A stretch of DNA of 64,000 nucleotides, from the NCBI GenBank assembly GCA_002104905.1, contig MCFE01000017.1, positions 186,632 through 250,631 of the forward strand, read 5' to 3'. Below, piece by piece: positions 1-11,482 of this stretch. The notes under the pieces were generated by a model. That model was not told the DNA's origin and made no database searches. It saw only the letters and a program-made list of their open reading frames with translations. This DNA comes from Basidiobolus meristosporus CBS 931.73 (Eukaryota; Fungi; Basidiobolomycota). Position 1 is the first letter of the stretch; every line of letters begins with the position of its first letter. The position numbers were made by a program, and so were the translations under genes.

Positions 1-458
1 TAGAAAGTAGTTCTGGGTCCGCAACACGTTAAATATTAGTGCATCTAGAATGATAATTGGGGTGACATATTAACTCCACTGTCTACCAGTGCGATGTCAA
101 ATATCAGCTAATTTTATGCTTAACTATATTGGACTTTGATAGATCAAGCCCTGGGCCTTGGTTCTTCTGGATTTGGACAGACAATTTCAAGGCACAAGGT
201 ATAAGGGGAAGAAGCGAGTTTCATAATGCACCAAGTACCGCAAAAACCTTTTTATGAAATCTCTACGCGGTTTGATTGATAATAATGATGATTAAGAATC
301 ACGACCGCTTGCTCCATATTTGCCTACTCACTTCCGTTCAGACGATTATAAAAGAACTAAGGCAGACAATGCTTGACACCATCTCAAAGATCTACAGGAA
401 TAGATCATTCATCTGAATTCTAGCAGGCTAGCTGGTTGCGTATATTCTCTTCGACACT

Positions 459-1388
459 ATGGTCTACTCAAAGCTTTCTCTATCCGTATTTGCATTATTG
501 GCGTTGGTCCCGTACTCGTTGGGGCACATGGAAATGGTTCAGCCGGCTCCTCGCCAGTCTCGCTATAATCCCACCTATAAAGGGACTCCGGATTATGACA
601 TGACTTCTCCCTTGGAACCAGGCCGCTGGCCATACCCTTGCCGTGGCTATGGAAAAGGTGGAGTTGTAGAGACCATCAAAGCTGGAAGTAATATTCCAGT
701 GAAAATTGGTGGAGGTGCCCCTCACGATGGTGGTCACTGCCAGTTTGCGCTCTCATACGATGACAAAACCTTTGTTGTTCTCAAGGACGTCTTCGATGAT
801 TGCTTAATAGCATCTCGCGATTATAGCGTTACAATCCCTGCGGGCGCACCTAGTGGCAGAGCCACTTTTGCTTGGGCCTGGATTAATAAGACTGGGAATC
901 GCGAGTATTACATGAATTGTGCTGATATTGAAATCCAGGGGGGCTCGAGTGGTTCACTCACTGGACCCAAACTCTTGGTTGCCAATCTCCCAGGCTATGT
1001 CACAATTCCTGAATTTTCTCATGGTGGATATAGCGGTAAGGATTTGTTCCCAAAGAGACCAACAGTCAAGGTTACAGGGAACGGGAGTAGCGAGACTAAG
1101 CCTGAACCCTCCAAACCTACTGTTGCACCTAAGCCCACCCCTTCTACCAAGCCTATGCCCTCTGCTAAACCAACAGCTACCCCCAAACCCGAGCCAAGTA
1201 AAAAGCCCGCCAAGCCTTCAAAACCAGGCAATAAATCTGGTGAATGCTCGGGCTTTGAGACCAAATGTGTCAACCCAGGAAAATCACGCGATTTCAAGGT
1301 TTGCACCAATGGTCACGAATACACCCAACGTTGTGCACCTGGAACTGTGTGCAGAGGAGGCATAAATCAAGTTCGCTGTGACTATTAG
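459..1388 (+). CDS. Secreted AA11-type lytic polysaccharide monooxygenase with Pro/Lys linker and C-terminal CBM19-like module
   Basis: Signal peptide followed directly by His (HMEMVQP); GGGAPHDGGHCQFALSYD and WAWINKTGNREYYMNCAD motifs typical of AA11; PKP-rich linker; C-terminal C..C.NPG.....C.NG.....CAPGTVC. Intronless. Confidence 0.85.
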   Translation: MVYSKLSLSVFALLALVPYSLGHMEMVQPAPRQSRYNPTYKGTPDYDMTSPLEPGRWPYPCRGYGKGGVVETIKAGSNIPVKIGGGAPHDGGHCQFALSYDDKTFVVLKDVFDDCLIASRDYSVTIPAGAPSGRATFAWAWINKTGNREYYMNCADIEIQGGSSGSLTGPKLLVANLPGYVTIPEFSHGGYSGKDLFPKRPTVKVTGNGSSETKPEPSKPTVAPKPTPSTKPMPSAKPTATPKPEPSKKPAKPSKPGNKSGECSGFETKCVNPGKSRDFKVCTNGHEYTQRCAPGTVCRGGINQVRCDY

Positions 1389-1994
1389 TAGCAATATTGA
1401 CACCATTGTAAGCATGAACCGGGGAATTCAATGATCTCACTCTGCTGTTTCCCAGGATACCATCAAATAAAGTGACTCCATAATAGCAACGATATTTTGA
1501 AGTGTATATAAATCCAAGTGTGTCACCAGAAGATAAGCAATACCAAATAACAACCAATTTTTTTATGCAAATATTCAATGTTTGCTGTATGGTGAGTTCT
1601 TTGGTTTAACAAACCTGGTCATGATAATTATCTGTCTTGGCACACTGTTATATAGAATTAAAGATTACATTGCGCGTATTGCTAAACTTCAGACCTCAGG
1701 GGAAAGTGGCTTCAAATACGTTCCAATTTACCCTACTGGATAAGCTACTGGCTTTTTCCATTACCCAAAACAAACACATAATAGCTAGGGTGTGAAACAC
1801 TTTTGAAATGCCTTGTAGATCCCTGTCTTCTGCAGAAAAACTACTGGATTTTTGGTGATGGACAAATTACACTTATTAATGCTTGAGCAAAGAATGCTAT
1901 CCTCTATTTGATATCACTAAGATAGAACAATGGACAGAGGGATATCTCGTAATAGTATCATAGTCAACGATTGCATAGTTGGTTAGTAGTATTT

Positions 1995-3985
1995 ATTATG
2001 TAATATATTTAAGTGGTGATTCTATTTGACATGTGTGATTAATGCTCTAGCTATCTTCCCCGGAAATCTCTTCCAAAGATTTGCCCTTGGTTTCAGGTAC
2101 CCAGAAGGTTGATAGAAATCCAAGGAACATGATGGCAGCAAAGATTCCGAGGGTTTGAGGAAGGAAAGCGTGCTCTCCATCCTTACCACCAATCTCCACC
2201 AATTGATTGAAGCCGAAAGTAGCGATGATGGCTCCAAGCTTTCCGGAAGCAGCCGAGATACCGTGAGCAGTGGAACGGAAGCGAGTGGGGAATACCTCGG
2301 ATGGAAGGACAAATGTAGTGGTATTTGGGCCGAAATTGAAGAAGAACTGGGCCAAGGTAAACAATGCGACGAATAGAGCAACTGCTGTGTCCCGAATCTT
2401 GTAAAAGCCAGCAGAGAGTATGATGAAAATGATGGTTAAAAAGGCGAATCCCATCAACTGGATCTTGATTCGGCCCATGCGTTCAATAAGGAACACTGTG
2501 AACCAGTATCCTGGGACAGTTCCCATTAATGAAATGATTAGATTTCCAACGGCCTCAGTCCACATGGCATCGTAAGGAGAGAGACCTTTTGAGGAATATC
2601 CGATCGCTTGTAGGACGTATGACTGGTTAAGGGAGAGTCCATAGAAGGCAATGTCGAGGAAAAACCAGGACAACGAGGTACCTAGCAACACCTTGAGATT
2701 CTTCCACTGTCCGAAATGCTCAGTGAAGGTCAGTTGTGGGCGTTCAACCTTAGCTATCTGATGATGCGCCTCCACGCGATCCTTGTCTTCGACATTCATG
2801 ATTCCTCTCAAGTCCTCGGCTGCCTTTTCCGGATCTCCATTGACTTCCAAAGTATAGCGTGGTGACTCGGGCATGGTCAAACGGAAGTACACGGTAAAAA
2901 TGGCAGGAACGCATCCAAAAGCAAGCATCAGTCTCCAAACATAATCGAAGTTGTTCTGATCCGCCCGGATGGCCCCTTGGAAGATAGCCAACATGATCAC
3001 AGTAAACAGCGCTCCGACCAAAATACCAGTTCCTTGGGACGCAAAGACGGCGGCAATCATCATGCCTCTTCTTTTTGTTGAGGCAAACTCTGATGTGATT
3101 ACTGCCGACACTGGGTAGTCACCTCCTATGCCAATTCCGAGAATGAAGCGCCAAAAGCCAAGGATGGCAATCACGTTCACTCCTTTCGCCCACGAACCAG
3201 CAATTGCACAGCAGATGGTAGCAAAAATAATGATAATCAACTCTGAGCCATACATCTTTTTTCTTCCAAGACGATCCCCTAGGTAGCCAAACAGTAGTTG
3301 TCCAATCAATGTACCAAAGGCAGTGGCCCCTTTCAATGGGCCTTCGTACTGTTTGGGAATCTTGTTGTTGTTATTGGTATAATAGACATAGCCCATCATC
3401 GGAACTGCGAGGTTGATGATAAAGATATCATAGGCATCGGTGAAGAATCCAATACCTGCCACGATAATTGCTCGAAGATGCCAGCCAGTGAGCTTAGACT
3501 CACCCAAAGAGTGAAGCGAATTGGACATTATTGTACTTATCTGGAGACTAGAGATAGTATGGAAAACACTGAAAGGGCTCTGACGATTTATATACCTTGA
3601 GAGTGGGTGTGTAACTTGCCGCCAATGAACTACCAATCTTGAGAAGGGGAGACCGCACGTAGGTGTACAGAAGCCAGAGGTTGGTCCCAACTCAACCTCC
3701 AGAACACTTTGTGTGTTACTCTTGCCAACTGGTTATCGTAGCCAATGAACCTTGGAGATTTTGGCACGCACCGACGCTAGAATATATTTGGTATATTTAG
3801 TTGGTGGTTGATTTTTACTTGTGAGTTGGTGATACGGGTATTCTTACTATAATTGGTGTACCTGCTGGGGAAAACACTTTTTTACGGATATGATAACCTC
3901 TAGGTGCTACTACGAATTGAATCTTACGATCAGTTACCTTCTCGTGGGTTTTTGGGACTTGATTATCATTCAGAGATGGTGATGG
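1995..3985 (-). repeat. Left arm of a ~2-kb inverted duplication (PHO84-like gene plus flanks); partner at ~59010-61015
   Basis: Reverse complement matches 59010-61015: near-identical CDS, ~50 bp of 3' flank and ~400 bp of promoter, decaying further upstream. Confidence 0.95.
2047..3528 (-). CDS. PHO84: MFS phosphate:H+ symporter (Pho84/PHS family), intact copy, 493 aa
   Basis: GIGFFTDAYDIFII, GYLGDRLGRKKMYG, GIGIGGDYPVSAVITSEFA, FFFNFGPNTTTFVLPSEVFPTRFRSTAHGISAASGKLGA, PETKGKSLEE motifs. Start placed at ATG 3528 (MSNSLHSL). Confidence 0.95.
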   Translation of the reverse strand: MSNSLHSLGESKLTGWHLRAIIVAGIGFFTDAYDIFIINLAVPMMGYVYYTNNNNKIPKQYEGPLKGATAFGTLIGQLLFGYLGDRLGRKKMYGSELIIIIFATICCAIAGSWAKGVNVIAILGFWRFILGIGIGGDYPVSAVITSEFASTKRRGMMIAAVFASQGTGILVGALFTVIMLAIFQGAIRADQNNFDYVWRLMLAFGCVPAIFTVYFRLTMPESPRYTLEVNGDPEKAAEDLRGIMNVEDKDRVEAHHQIAKVERPQLTFTEHFGQWKNLKVLLGTSLSWFFLDIAFYGLSLNQSYVLQAIGYSSKGLSPYDAMWTEAVGNLIISLMGTVPGYWFTVFLIERMGRIKIQLMGFAFLTIIFIILSAGFYKIRDTAVALFVALFTLAQFFFNFGPNTTTFVLPSEVFPTRFRSTAHGISAASGKLGAIIATFGFNQLVEIGGKDGEHAFLPQTLGIFAAIMFLGFLSTFWVPETKGKSLEEISGEDS

Positions 3986-5562
3986 TATTTTACCATATTA
4001 CCATAAATACGGTATTTCCCTACCTGGTATCGATTAGGCATCTGGGCATCAATCAACACGAACTAACCATGGTATTGCGCAATAATATCGAAGATTGAAT
4101 AGTATTGATAATCCAACACATTGGAAAGACCACTTTTTTTTGTATCAGATTTACCTAGTTTTTTTATGTCAGCGTAGTTAAAATGCAGTCAAGATTTCCT
4201 CATTAAAGACGCTGTCACTTTGCGGAGTATTGCTAACATATCGTATAGCAACTCATACACAAAGCTAAATCCTGTTGCACTACTCAGTGTTAAGGCTTTG
4301 TGGATAGATTCTCGAATAATCGGTTGCATACGAAAATGATAATTCGTATATGAAAGTAAAATCTTAGAATGAATGTGACCTCAACGAGTGACTGATTTAT
4401 ACTTGGGATTAGGCAGAAACATATCTCGACTCTTTTCTGATAATAGATTCTACATTCCTGGCTTTTCTCGTGGTATGATAATCTTCACCATATACTATAC
4501 TCTTGAAGTCAAACCTTCTTGTTGTATCGGCTGGAAATAGGCATGAGGTGAACAATATATACTTCCAATCTTCGTAAACTCATAAAGTATAACCCAGTTA
4601 GCAAGTAGCTGTCAACCGCTTCAAAGCTCAGATATATGTACACCTTAGTTCTTCTACCACGTGAGATTCGTATCAACTCTATTTTTGGATGCTACTCCTT
4701 AGACACGCGCAGCAAACATAGGAATGTAGAAAGTTTGATTGGATTTTGGAGGTTGTCGATAAACAACGATTAGGATATTAATACAGTAGGGACTGCGATT
4801 ATCCATAAGCCCTGGACACTTCATACCCAAGTCATCAAATAGAGTAGCAAATACAATGAAAATTGGTGCTTGGCATAGAACGTAGTTGGCCAATGATCCA
4901 TTTATTTGTTGAAAACGGGGATTACTGTACTTTGGAGTAACATTAGTTAACCCCAAGTGTTATTTGTTATATCCTATAGCGCAGGGAAGTTGCGCCCAAC
5001 CCAAACTTGATTGACCTCACACCTGAGTGATTTTTGTCGTCACATGATTTTCCATTCCGAGTTTGATGAGACTTATGAGCTCCTCTCGCTTGATAAGCAT
5101 GGTTGGCAATCCATTGCTACTGCTGGCATAGCCAAAAGAAGTCAAAAAATGGCTATGAATACCCAAAACCGAATATACATTGCAATATTTTTCAAGTTGA
5201 TTTCATTCGCACGGGGACATTCTTGTGTCATACAATTATGTATTATGCAAGGAGACGACCAATCTCACGCGGATGGTCCAATGATGTAGGATGGCGTAAT
5301 ACGATTGATTCGATGGTGTTGCACACTCAGGAGGATGTCGTCGATTCCTTGGTTTTCGATATTGCTATTGCATTACTCCACATCAAATTGTTAGTTTAAG
5401 TAATAGAAATTCCTAACAGTGGTGCAGCTTAAGACATGGCGAATGAGAAGCCACAGACAGGGAATCTCTATCGCTTGAGGGGTCAAATGACCAAGACTAG
5501 CGCCTCCAATATAAACCCACTGCCTGGCAAGTCTGTAGTCAATCATTTTGAGTCTAGTGAAT

Positions 5563-7035
5563 ATGCTAACAGGTGAACTACCACTGAACTCCAAAGCCCC
5601 CACCAAGTTCGACTATTCAAATGAACCGATCCGTTCCTCCGAGTTGATTGTACAGAAGGATCTACCCTTCAATGCTGAGCCGCCTCTCAAGTCGCTAATC
5701 CAACACTACATTACCCCAACCGAGTTGTTCTTCAAAAGAAATCATGGCCCGATTCCTCTCATTGATGGTAGCACATATGTATTCAAAGTGGATGGGCTTG
5801 TCGAGAAACCAATTGTCGTTGACCTCCATTCATTGAAAACTAAGTTTCAAAAGCACGAAGTGGCTGCAGTGATTCAGGTAAATGGAACTGTACTTTCTTG
5901 TTCCTTCAGACACGTGCCAACCAATTTTGTGACGTCTCTAGTGCGCAGGTAATCGACGTGATGGTCTAGCCAATGTCAAAAAGGTGAAGGGCGTTATTTG
6001 GGGACCTGGAACTGTGGGCAATGCCGTGTGGGGCGGTGCTAGACTTTCCGACGTGTTAAAGGAGGCCGGAGTACCCATGGGTTTAGCCTCGCAACTCCAC
6101 GTTGCTTTTGAGGCATACGGCGATTCAGAAGAAGATACTTGCTATGGTAGCTCAATTCCTCTGGAGATGGCAATGTAAGCAAGAGATATGAGTTTCACGG
6201 ATAGAGTATAAGGCTAACCTTCTCTCTCAGCAATCCCTCCAATGATGTACTCTTGGCTTACGAAATGAATGGCTGTGAATTAACCAGAGACCACGGATTC
6301 CCTTGTCGGGTTGTTGTGCCAGGTTAGCACATCATTACCTCATTTACATGACAGATTATCTAACTTTAGCGATAGGAGTTATTGGCGCCCGGTCGGTGAA
6401 GTATCTTAGCAGGATCACCATCCAGAGTGAGGAATCACAAAGCTTTTATCAAAAAATGGACTATAAGGTTCTACCACCTTATGTTGATGAGCATAACGCC
6501 GATGAATGGTGGGACAAAATGGCAGCATTACAAGAGATGATCATTCAGAGTGTCATCTGCGAACCATGTTCTGGGCAAGTTCTTCCACCTGGTCCGGTCA
6601 CGATTCGCGGCTACGCTTTGTGTGGGGGTGGTAAAGGAGTCGATAGAGTTGGTAAGTAAGGTACAAGGTTGATGCGGCATTTGATCACTGGAACTTACCG
6701 GATCACCATAGATGTATCTCTGGATAATGGACTGACCTGGCTGCCAACTGATAGATATCAAGCAGCCACCAGAAACAAGCATTACGCCTGGTGTTTATGG
6801 AAAACTACTGTCGACAGTATTCCTGACAATTGTAAAATAATATGCCGAGCATGTAAGTAGCACTAGTCTCTTCCCCACCCCAGCACCCGTTCAAGCAACT
6901 AACCGCATAAATACTCTAGTTGACACCTGTGGAAACACACAACCGGAATTCCCGATTTGGAATTTCCGTGGTGTCATGAACAATTCATGGTTTGTAGTAG
7001 AGAATGTACGTCAGCAATCGAACACGAAACTGTAG
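5563..7035 (+). CDS. Sulfite oxidase (Moco and dimerisation domains, no cytochrome b5 domain), 6 exons
   Basis: FNAEPP...[10 protein letters not shown]; spliced Q|CAGNRR Moco-Cys motif; LLAYEMNG...[21 protein letters not shown]; [11 protein letters not shown]. Introns 5878-5941, 6175-6230, 6323-6375, 6652-6711, 6853-6919. Ends ...SNTKL*. Confidence 0.9.
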
Positions 7036-7246
7036 TAGTGGTGTTAATATATTTGAATACAAGTTCAATCGGGCTGTTATAAATAGTTTCAAATCTTCAT
7101 GTATAGTAATGAATAAACCAACTGGACTATATCTTAGGAACAGCACACAAGAAACTGTGATGGAGAAGATTTATTTTGGGGACTTTGGGCAGGTGAGTCC
7201 ACTTGGCAATGAAAAGAAAGAGTGGACAGAGAAATCAGAAATCAAC

Positions 7247-8285
7247 TCAAACTTTTTGCTTCTTTTGAGGTGGCTTCTCGTCGTTCTGTTCGTCGTCTTC
7301 ATCATCTTCAGATTCCATCTCTCCCATATCCTCCTCGTCACTATCACCACCTTGGTAGTAAGAGAAGGCATTGGGGTAGAGTTCATTGGCGATCAGCTCA
7401 CCAAGCTCAGCACCCTCCTCGTTGAACCAGTTGAAGAAACTATCAAGCTCAGAATCACCGTTATGAGTAAGGTTCTAAACAAAAAAGCTTATTAAATCCA
7501 AATTTCGATAGATAATACGACCTCGAGAGCACGCTACCTTGCCCTCCTTCCACTCGATAGGATGGTTTTTGACCTGTGCGCTATCCTTATCAACTGTAAA
7601 TTCCTTGATCAACTGGGTGTTGGTGAAGAAAGGATTTTCACTGAAGGTCTATGAGTTCAAGATTTCGAGCGTTAGAGAAAGGTATTAGTTGCCACCCATA
7701 CTGCTTTGCTGCCAATTACCATGATGAGTTTGTGGCTGTTGGCGCTTTCTTCTTCCCTCTCGATGGTGATGTCGACCAAGTGATTCAACACCTCCAAATC
7801 GTCCTCTTCAAGAAGAGAGCCTAATTTTCGAGGAGTAAAGATCAGCAACTTTCCCTTTGGTGAGAACGCGTACAAAACTACAAACCAAGGATAGGATGGT
7901 TGGAGAGCTACATATTTATAGATACGCGTTTTCAAACGTCAGAATTATCTATAACACGAACCAAAGTGAAAGTGGCGAACACATACCGCAGTGGCCCAGA
8001 ATTTGGGAATTGAAGTGATAACTTCCTTGCGCTTCTCGTAGACTGGAGCCTTGATCTTTTCGTATTTGGCAGCTAATTTAGCACTCTCCTCCACTGAAAA
8101 TATACCAATCAGGTCTTAGTTATCCGGAGATCAACACCGCAAGCGTCTGAAATCTACTTACACATCTGCTCCTCTATGCTTTCTAATTGTTGTTCTACTT
8201 CGAGCACCTTGGACCAGGCCTCTTTTAATTTAGGGTCGTTTTCTATAGCTTCAAGGCCATTCTTGACTGGGAGTGGAGTGGACAT
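7247..8285 (-). CDS. NAP-family histone chaperone (SET/TAF-I/Vps75-like)
   Basis: Spliced exons give VYEKRKEVITSIPKFWATA|LSNHPIL G|SLLEEDD, FSENPFFTNTQLIKEF, IEWKEGK|NLT, SFFNWF, acidic tail and C-terminal KKQKV NLS-like motif. Confidence 0.85.
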
Positions 8286-8782
8286 AGCGTGTTCAAAGTA
8301 AATTACAGTAACAAGTGGAAAGGAAATTCAAACAACCGATTCAATAAAATAGAATGGTTGGGAACCGGATCAAATCTGAACAAAAGCGACAAGAAAAAAA
8401 AAGAATATATCACATCAACAAATATGTCGACTTCCTGAATTCGATCTACTTCGAGTCAAGCACGTGCCCCGTCTCGATGTGACTACTGAAACGAAGATCA
8501 GTAATAGTCTGGTTGCTAGGTTTTGGGGTGGTTCCCACGGCTTGACTCCAAAATTAATTAAATTGAAATTCATGTCAATAAACATTCCCCTGATAAATTT
8601 CTGATTCATGTAGCCACAGATTAAGGCTTATAGGCAGGGACTTTGGGAGGTCAAGCACTCCTTTCACCAAGATGCTCGCCTCCTTGTATTTCGACCTTTA
8701 CATCTGGCCAATGCTTTGTCCATATGCAGAAGCGGATTTATTTTACTATATAACCTAGGCCACAACAGATTTTTATTCCTCA

Positions 8783-9394
8783 ATGATTCCTATACTATAT
8801 TTACTTGCTGCTGTGTTTCTCAGCTTCACCCCTGTCAACGCAAAGGTAGAATTCCTGAGCCCTTCTGGAGAAGACATTTATACTGGCAGCACCATTACTA
8901 TCGAATGGTAATACTCAATCAGCATACAGAAACGCATACTCCGTCTAATCTTCGATTTATTTACCAGGAAAGAAATTAGTGGTCAGCCCACAGATAACAT
9001 CATGAACTTACAGCTTGTTCAGACATTCCCAAATTCCAACAACAAACCACAACCTGCTTTTAGCATCGTGACGATAGACCCTAAGATAGGATATTTCGAA
9101 TGGGAGGTTTCACACATGATACCTAGTGGCAGCAACTATACCTTAGGTGGTGGGTCAGCTGGCGGAGCTTCCTACGGTGTGCCTTTTAATGTTATCAACA
9201 CTAGCTCCCTACCGAAACATCATCCGCATGTCAAAAAGCAATTGGTAAATACAAATAACTCAACGAATACCCAGGGCAATTCAACCACAACAACCAACGC
9301 TGCAACGACCCATAGAAACACCGGCAACTCCGGAGATGTGTCCAAGCATTTCTATCTGGTTACATTCATCGTGGTCTTTGTCACTTGGATCTAA
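8783..9394 (+). CDS. Secreted Ser/Thr/Asn-rich, probably GPI-anchored protein (Kre9/Knh1-like N-terminal domain), 2 exons
   Basis: Signal peptide MIPILYLLAAVFLSFTPVNA; VEFLSPSGEDIYTGSTITIEW|KE; T/N-rich stalk; hydrophobic C-terminus. Confidence 0.7.
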
Positions 9395-9600
9395 TTATAA
9401 TTGTCTGTTCCTGAGGAGCAACAACCATTAAACATATCATCGCACTCGTTGTGAACCCACGCATACTACACGTATCATGATTGTGTAAGACCAATCCAAT
9501 TCACCTAATAAGCATACAAGCCTTTATTCCGCATTCATCTTTGATGCAAGATGGTATGAATATCAACCTATACGACATGCAAAGTTGAGCAAAGTTCCAT

Positions 9601-10117
9601 TTAAGCCTTGACGGCAAACTTTCTTTGAGGGAAGTGGATATCCTTCTTTTGTTGCTTGACAGTCTTGCGGGTAGCCTCGAACTTGGTCAAACGACGACGG
9701 ATAGCACGGGTCTTCTTGTGACGAAGATCCAAAGGCAAGTACTTGCGGCCTTCTTGTTTATACAAGAGACGAATGTTTTGACGCTCAGTTTGGGTAATAA
9801 CGGTGAGAACACGGGCGATGGATTTGCGGACGGTGTTGCTATGAATGACTAATGGTTAATACAGAGTGGTTACATTTAGTCAACGGCTCTCTTACATCTT
9901 GGTCAACTTGGAAGCAGCACCACCAGCAACCTTCTGAACTCTCAAGGAAGAAAGCTCTTGCTTGAGTTCATCAAGTTCCTTCTTGAGTTCGTCCTTGGAC
10001 TTGTTGCGAAGTTCGTGAGCCGATACTTTAGCCTAGGTGGTCAGCAGGGAGAAGCCGTAGCATAAGCAACTATACACGTTGGATGGATGGATCATCAATA
10101 GATAAGAAACTTACCAT
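9601..10117 (-). CDS. RPL35: 60S ribosomal protein L35 (uL29); first coding exon is the ATG alone
   Basis: M|[10 protein letters not shown]...[23 protein letters not shown]...[10 protein letters not shown]; intron 10033-10114. Confidence 0.95.
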
Positions 10118-10436
10118 TTGTCTAATTGAATAAGTTAAAGGCCTCCAGAGAGAGAAAGATCGAAATCCAACATCTACCACTTACTTTTATGAATTGCCAC
10201 TGTCAAACTTGTTTTGATCTCACCAAAAAATTCCATACATATATATACGCCTATTCCATGACCAACTAATCCAGGATAGTTTAATCAATCAGGATAACAC
10301 TAATTTCACTAGAAACAATATTGGGTGGTTTTGGGTAAAATTATTTATATTTACTATACAATTTCTTTGAAATGCGAAAAAAATTTCATCCATTGCGCAC
10401 CTAGCGGGGTAGGTACTTTTATTCTTTAGAGAATAT

Positions 10437-11203
10437 TTAACGGTAACGTCTAAGAGACAAAGTGTTTCTCTTGATCCAGTTGTTACGTCTTCCAGAGCCG
10501 ATGGTCTTGTTGAAAGCATGTCCCTTTCCGTGACCACGGTTCTTCTTACCGATGGCAGTAAGGCCGCGGGCTTCACGGCGTTTGTGAACAGGGTTGCAGA
10601 TCCAGTTGATGCGTGCGTCACGACGAATAGCCTTGTGGGAGGGATCAACAAGGATAACTTCGAAGTACTTGTAGGTGGAATCTTGGTTGACCCAGTAGGA
10701 GTTCAGGACGCGGAGATTGGCACACTTGCGTCCGACACGCTCCTCAGCAGTAGCACGGAGAGAGCGTTGGTACTTGAGGTGGTTGATGCCTTGGTTGACG
10801 GGCTTGCCAAATTGAGCACCCTTGGCAACAGGTCTCTTACGGTTACCACGACGAACTCTGACACGATAGATAACGTATCCTTGCTTGGCCTTGTAGCCAA
10901 GTCTGCGAGCCTTATCGGGGCGAGAGGGGCGGGAGGCACGATGAATAACATTCAATTGTCTACGATAAAATTGAAATTCGAAAAACAAAGGTTATTCATG
11001 TTATCCCTGAACAATAGTCATCGGAATATTGGGGGAACCAGTACACAGATCAAAAGATGCTGCAGGTCTTCCCATCGCCCAATATTAACCTAACAGGGAA
11101 ACAATCAATACCTATACTCCCAGCATCTGACACGAAGCAAGAAGCCCATGACATCGGATTGCTTCTTCTTGTATAATTCTTCGATATATTTATAGGCACC
11201 CAT
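10437..11203 (-). CDS. RPL15: 60S ribosomal protein L15 (eL15), with a predicted 5'UTR intron at 11210-11267
   Basis: [31 protein letters not shown]|[27 protein letters not shown]...[10 protein letters not shown]. Confidence 0.97.
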
Positions 11204-11437
11204 TGCGAACTAAGGTCGAGAGAGTTAGTGTGAGTTCTGCTGGATGGATGTGGGTCGGTTGGCTTACCTAGTATGTGACAATGATGAATGAGGAGGAGGG
11301 GGGTGATTTTGCACAAACATAAATCTTATATGGTGGATCCGACAGGTGGCCCGGTGCCAATAATTTTTATCTTTCAGCCAACCACGCAGCTCGAAAGCCA
11401 TTTGTAGTGTACACAATAGCCAGTTTTGGGGAGTCGT

Positions 11438-11455
11438 AAACCTAACCCTAACCCT
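11438..11455 (-). promoter_or_regulatory. Telobox-like (TTAGGG)n motif upstream of RPL15
   Basis: AAACCTAACCCTAACCCT on the + strand, between the TatD stop and the RPL15 5' end. Confidence 0.45.
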
Positions 11456-11482
11456 CCCCCTAGCATTCTATTTATTGATCTT

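Noticed and set aside
3529-3690. 54-aa N-terminal extension of the PHO84 ORF in the ORF track
   Set aside because: It starts at TTG, spans the TATA-like TATATAAA region, and its frame is broken in copy 2; ATG 3528 is the likely start.
8521-8560. 9-bp hairpin with an Sm-site-like AATTTTGG on the minus strand (possible snRNA)
   Set aside because: No U1/U2/U4/U5/U11/U12/U4atac/U6atac core motif is nearby; it lies in a divergent promoter.
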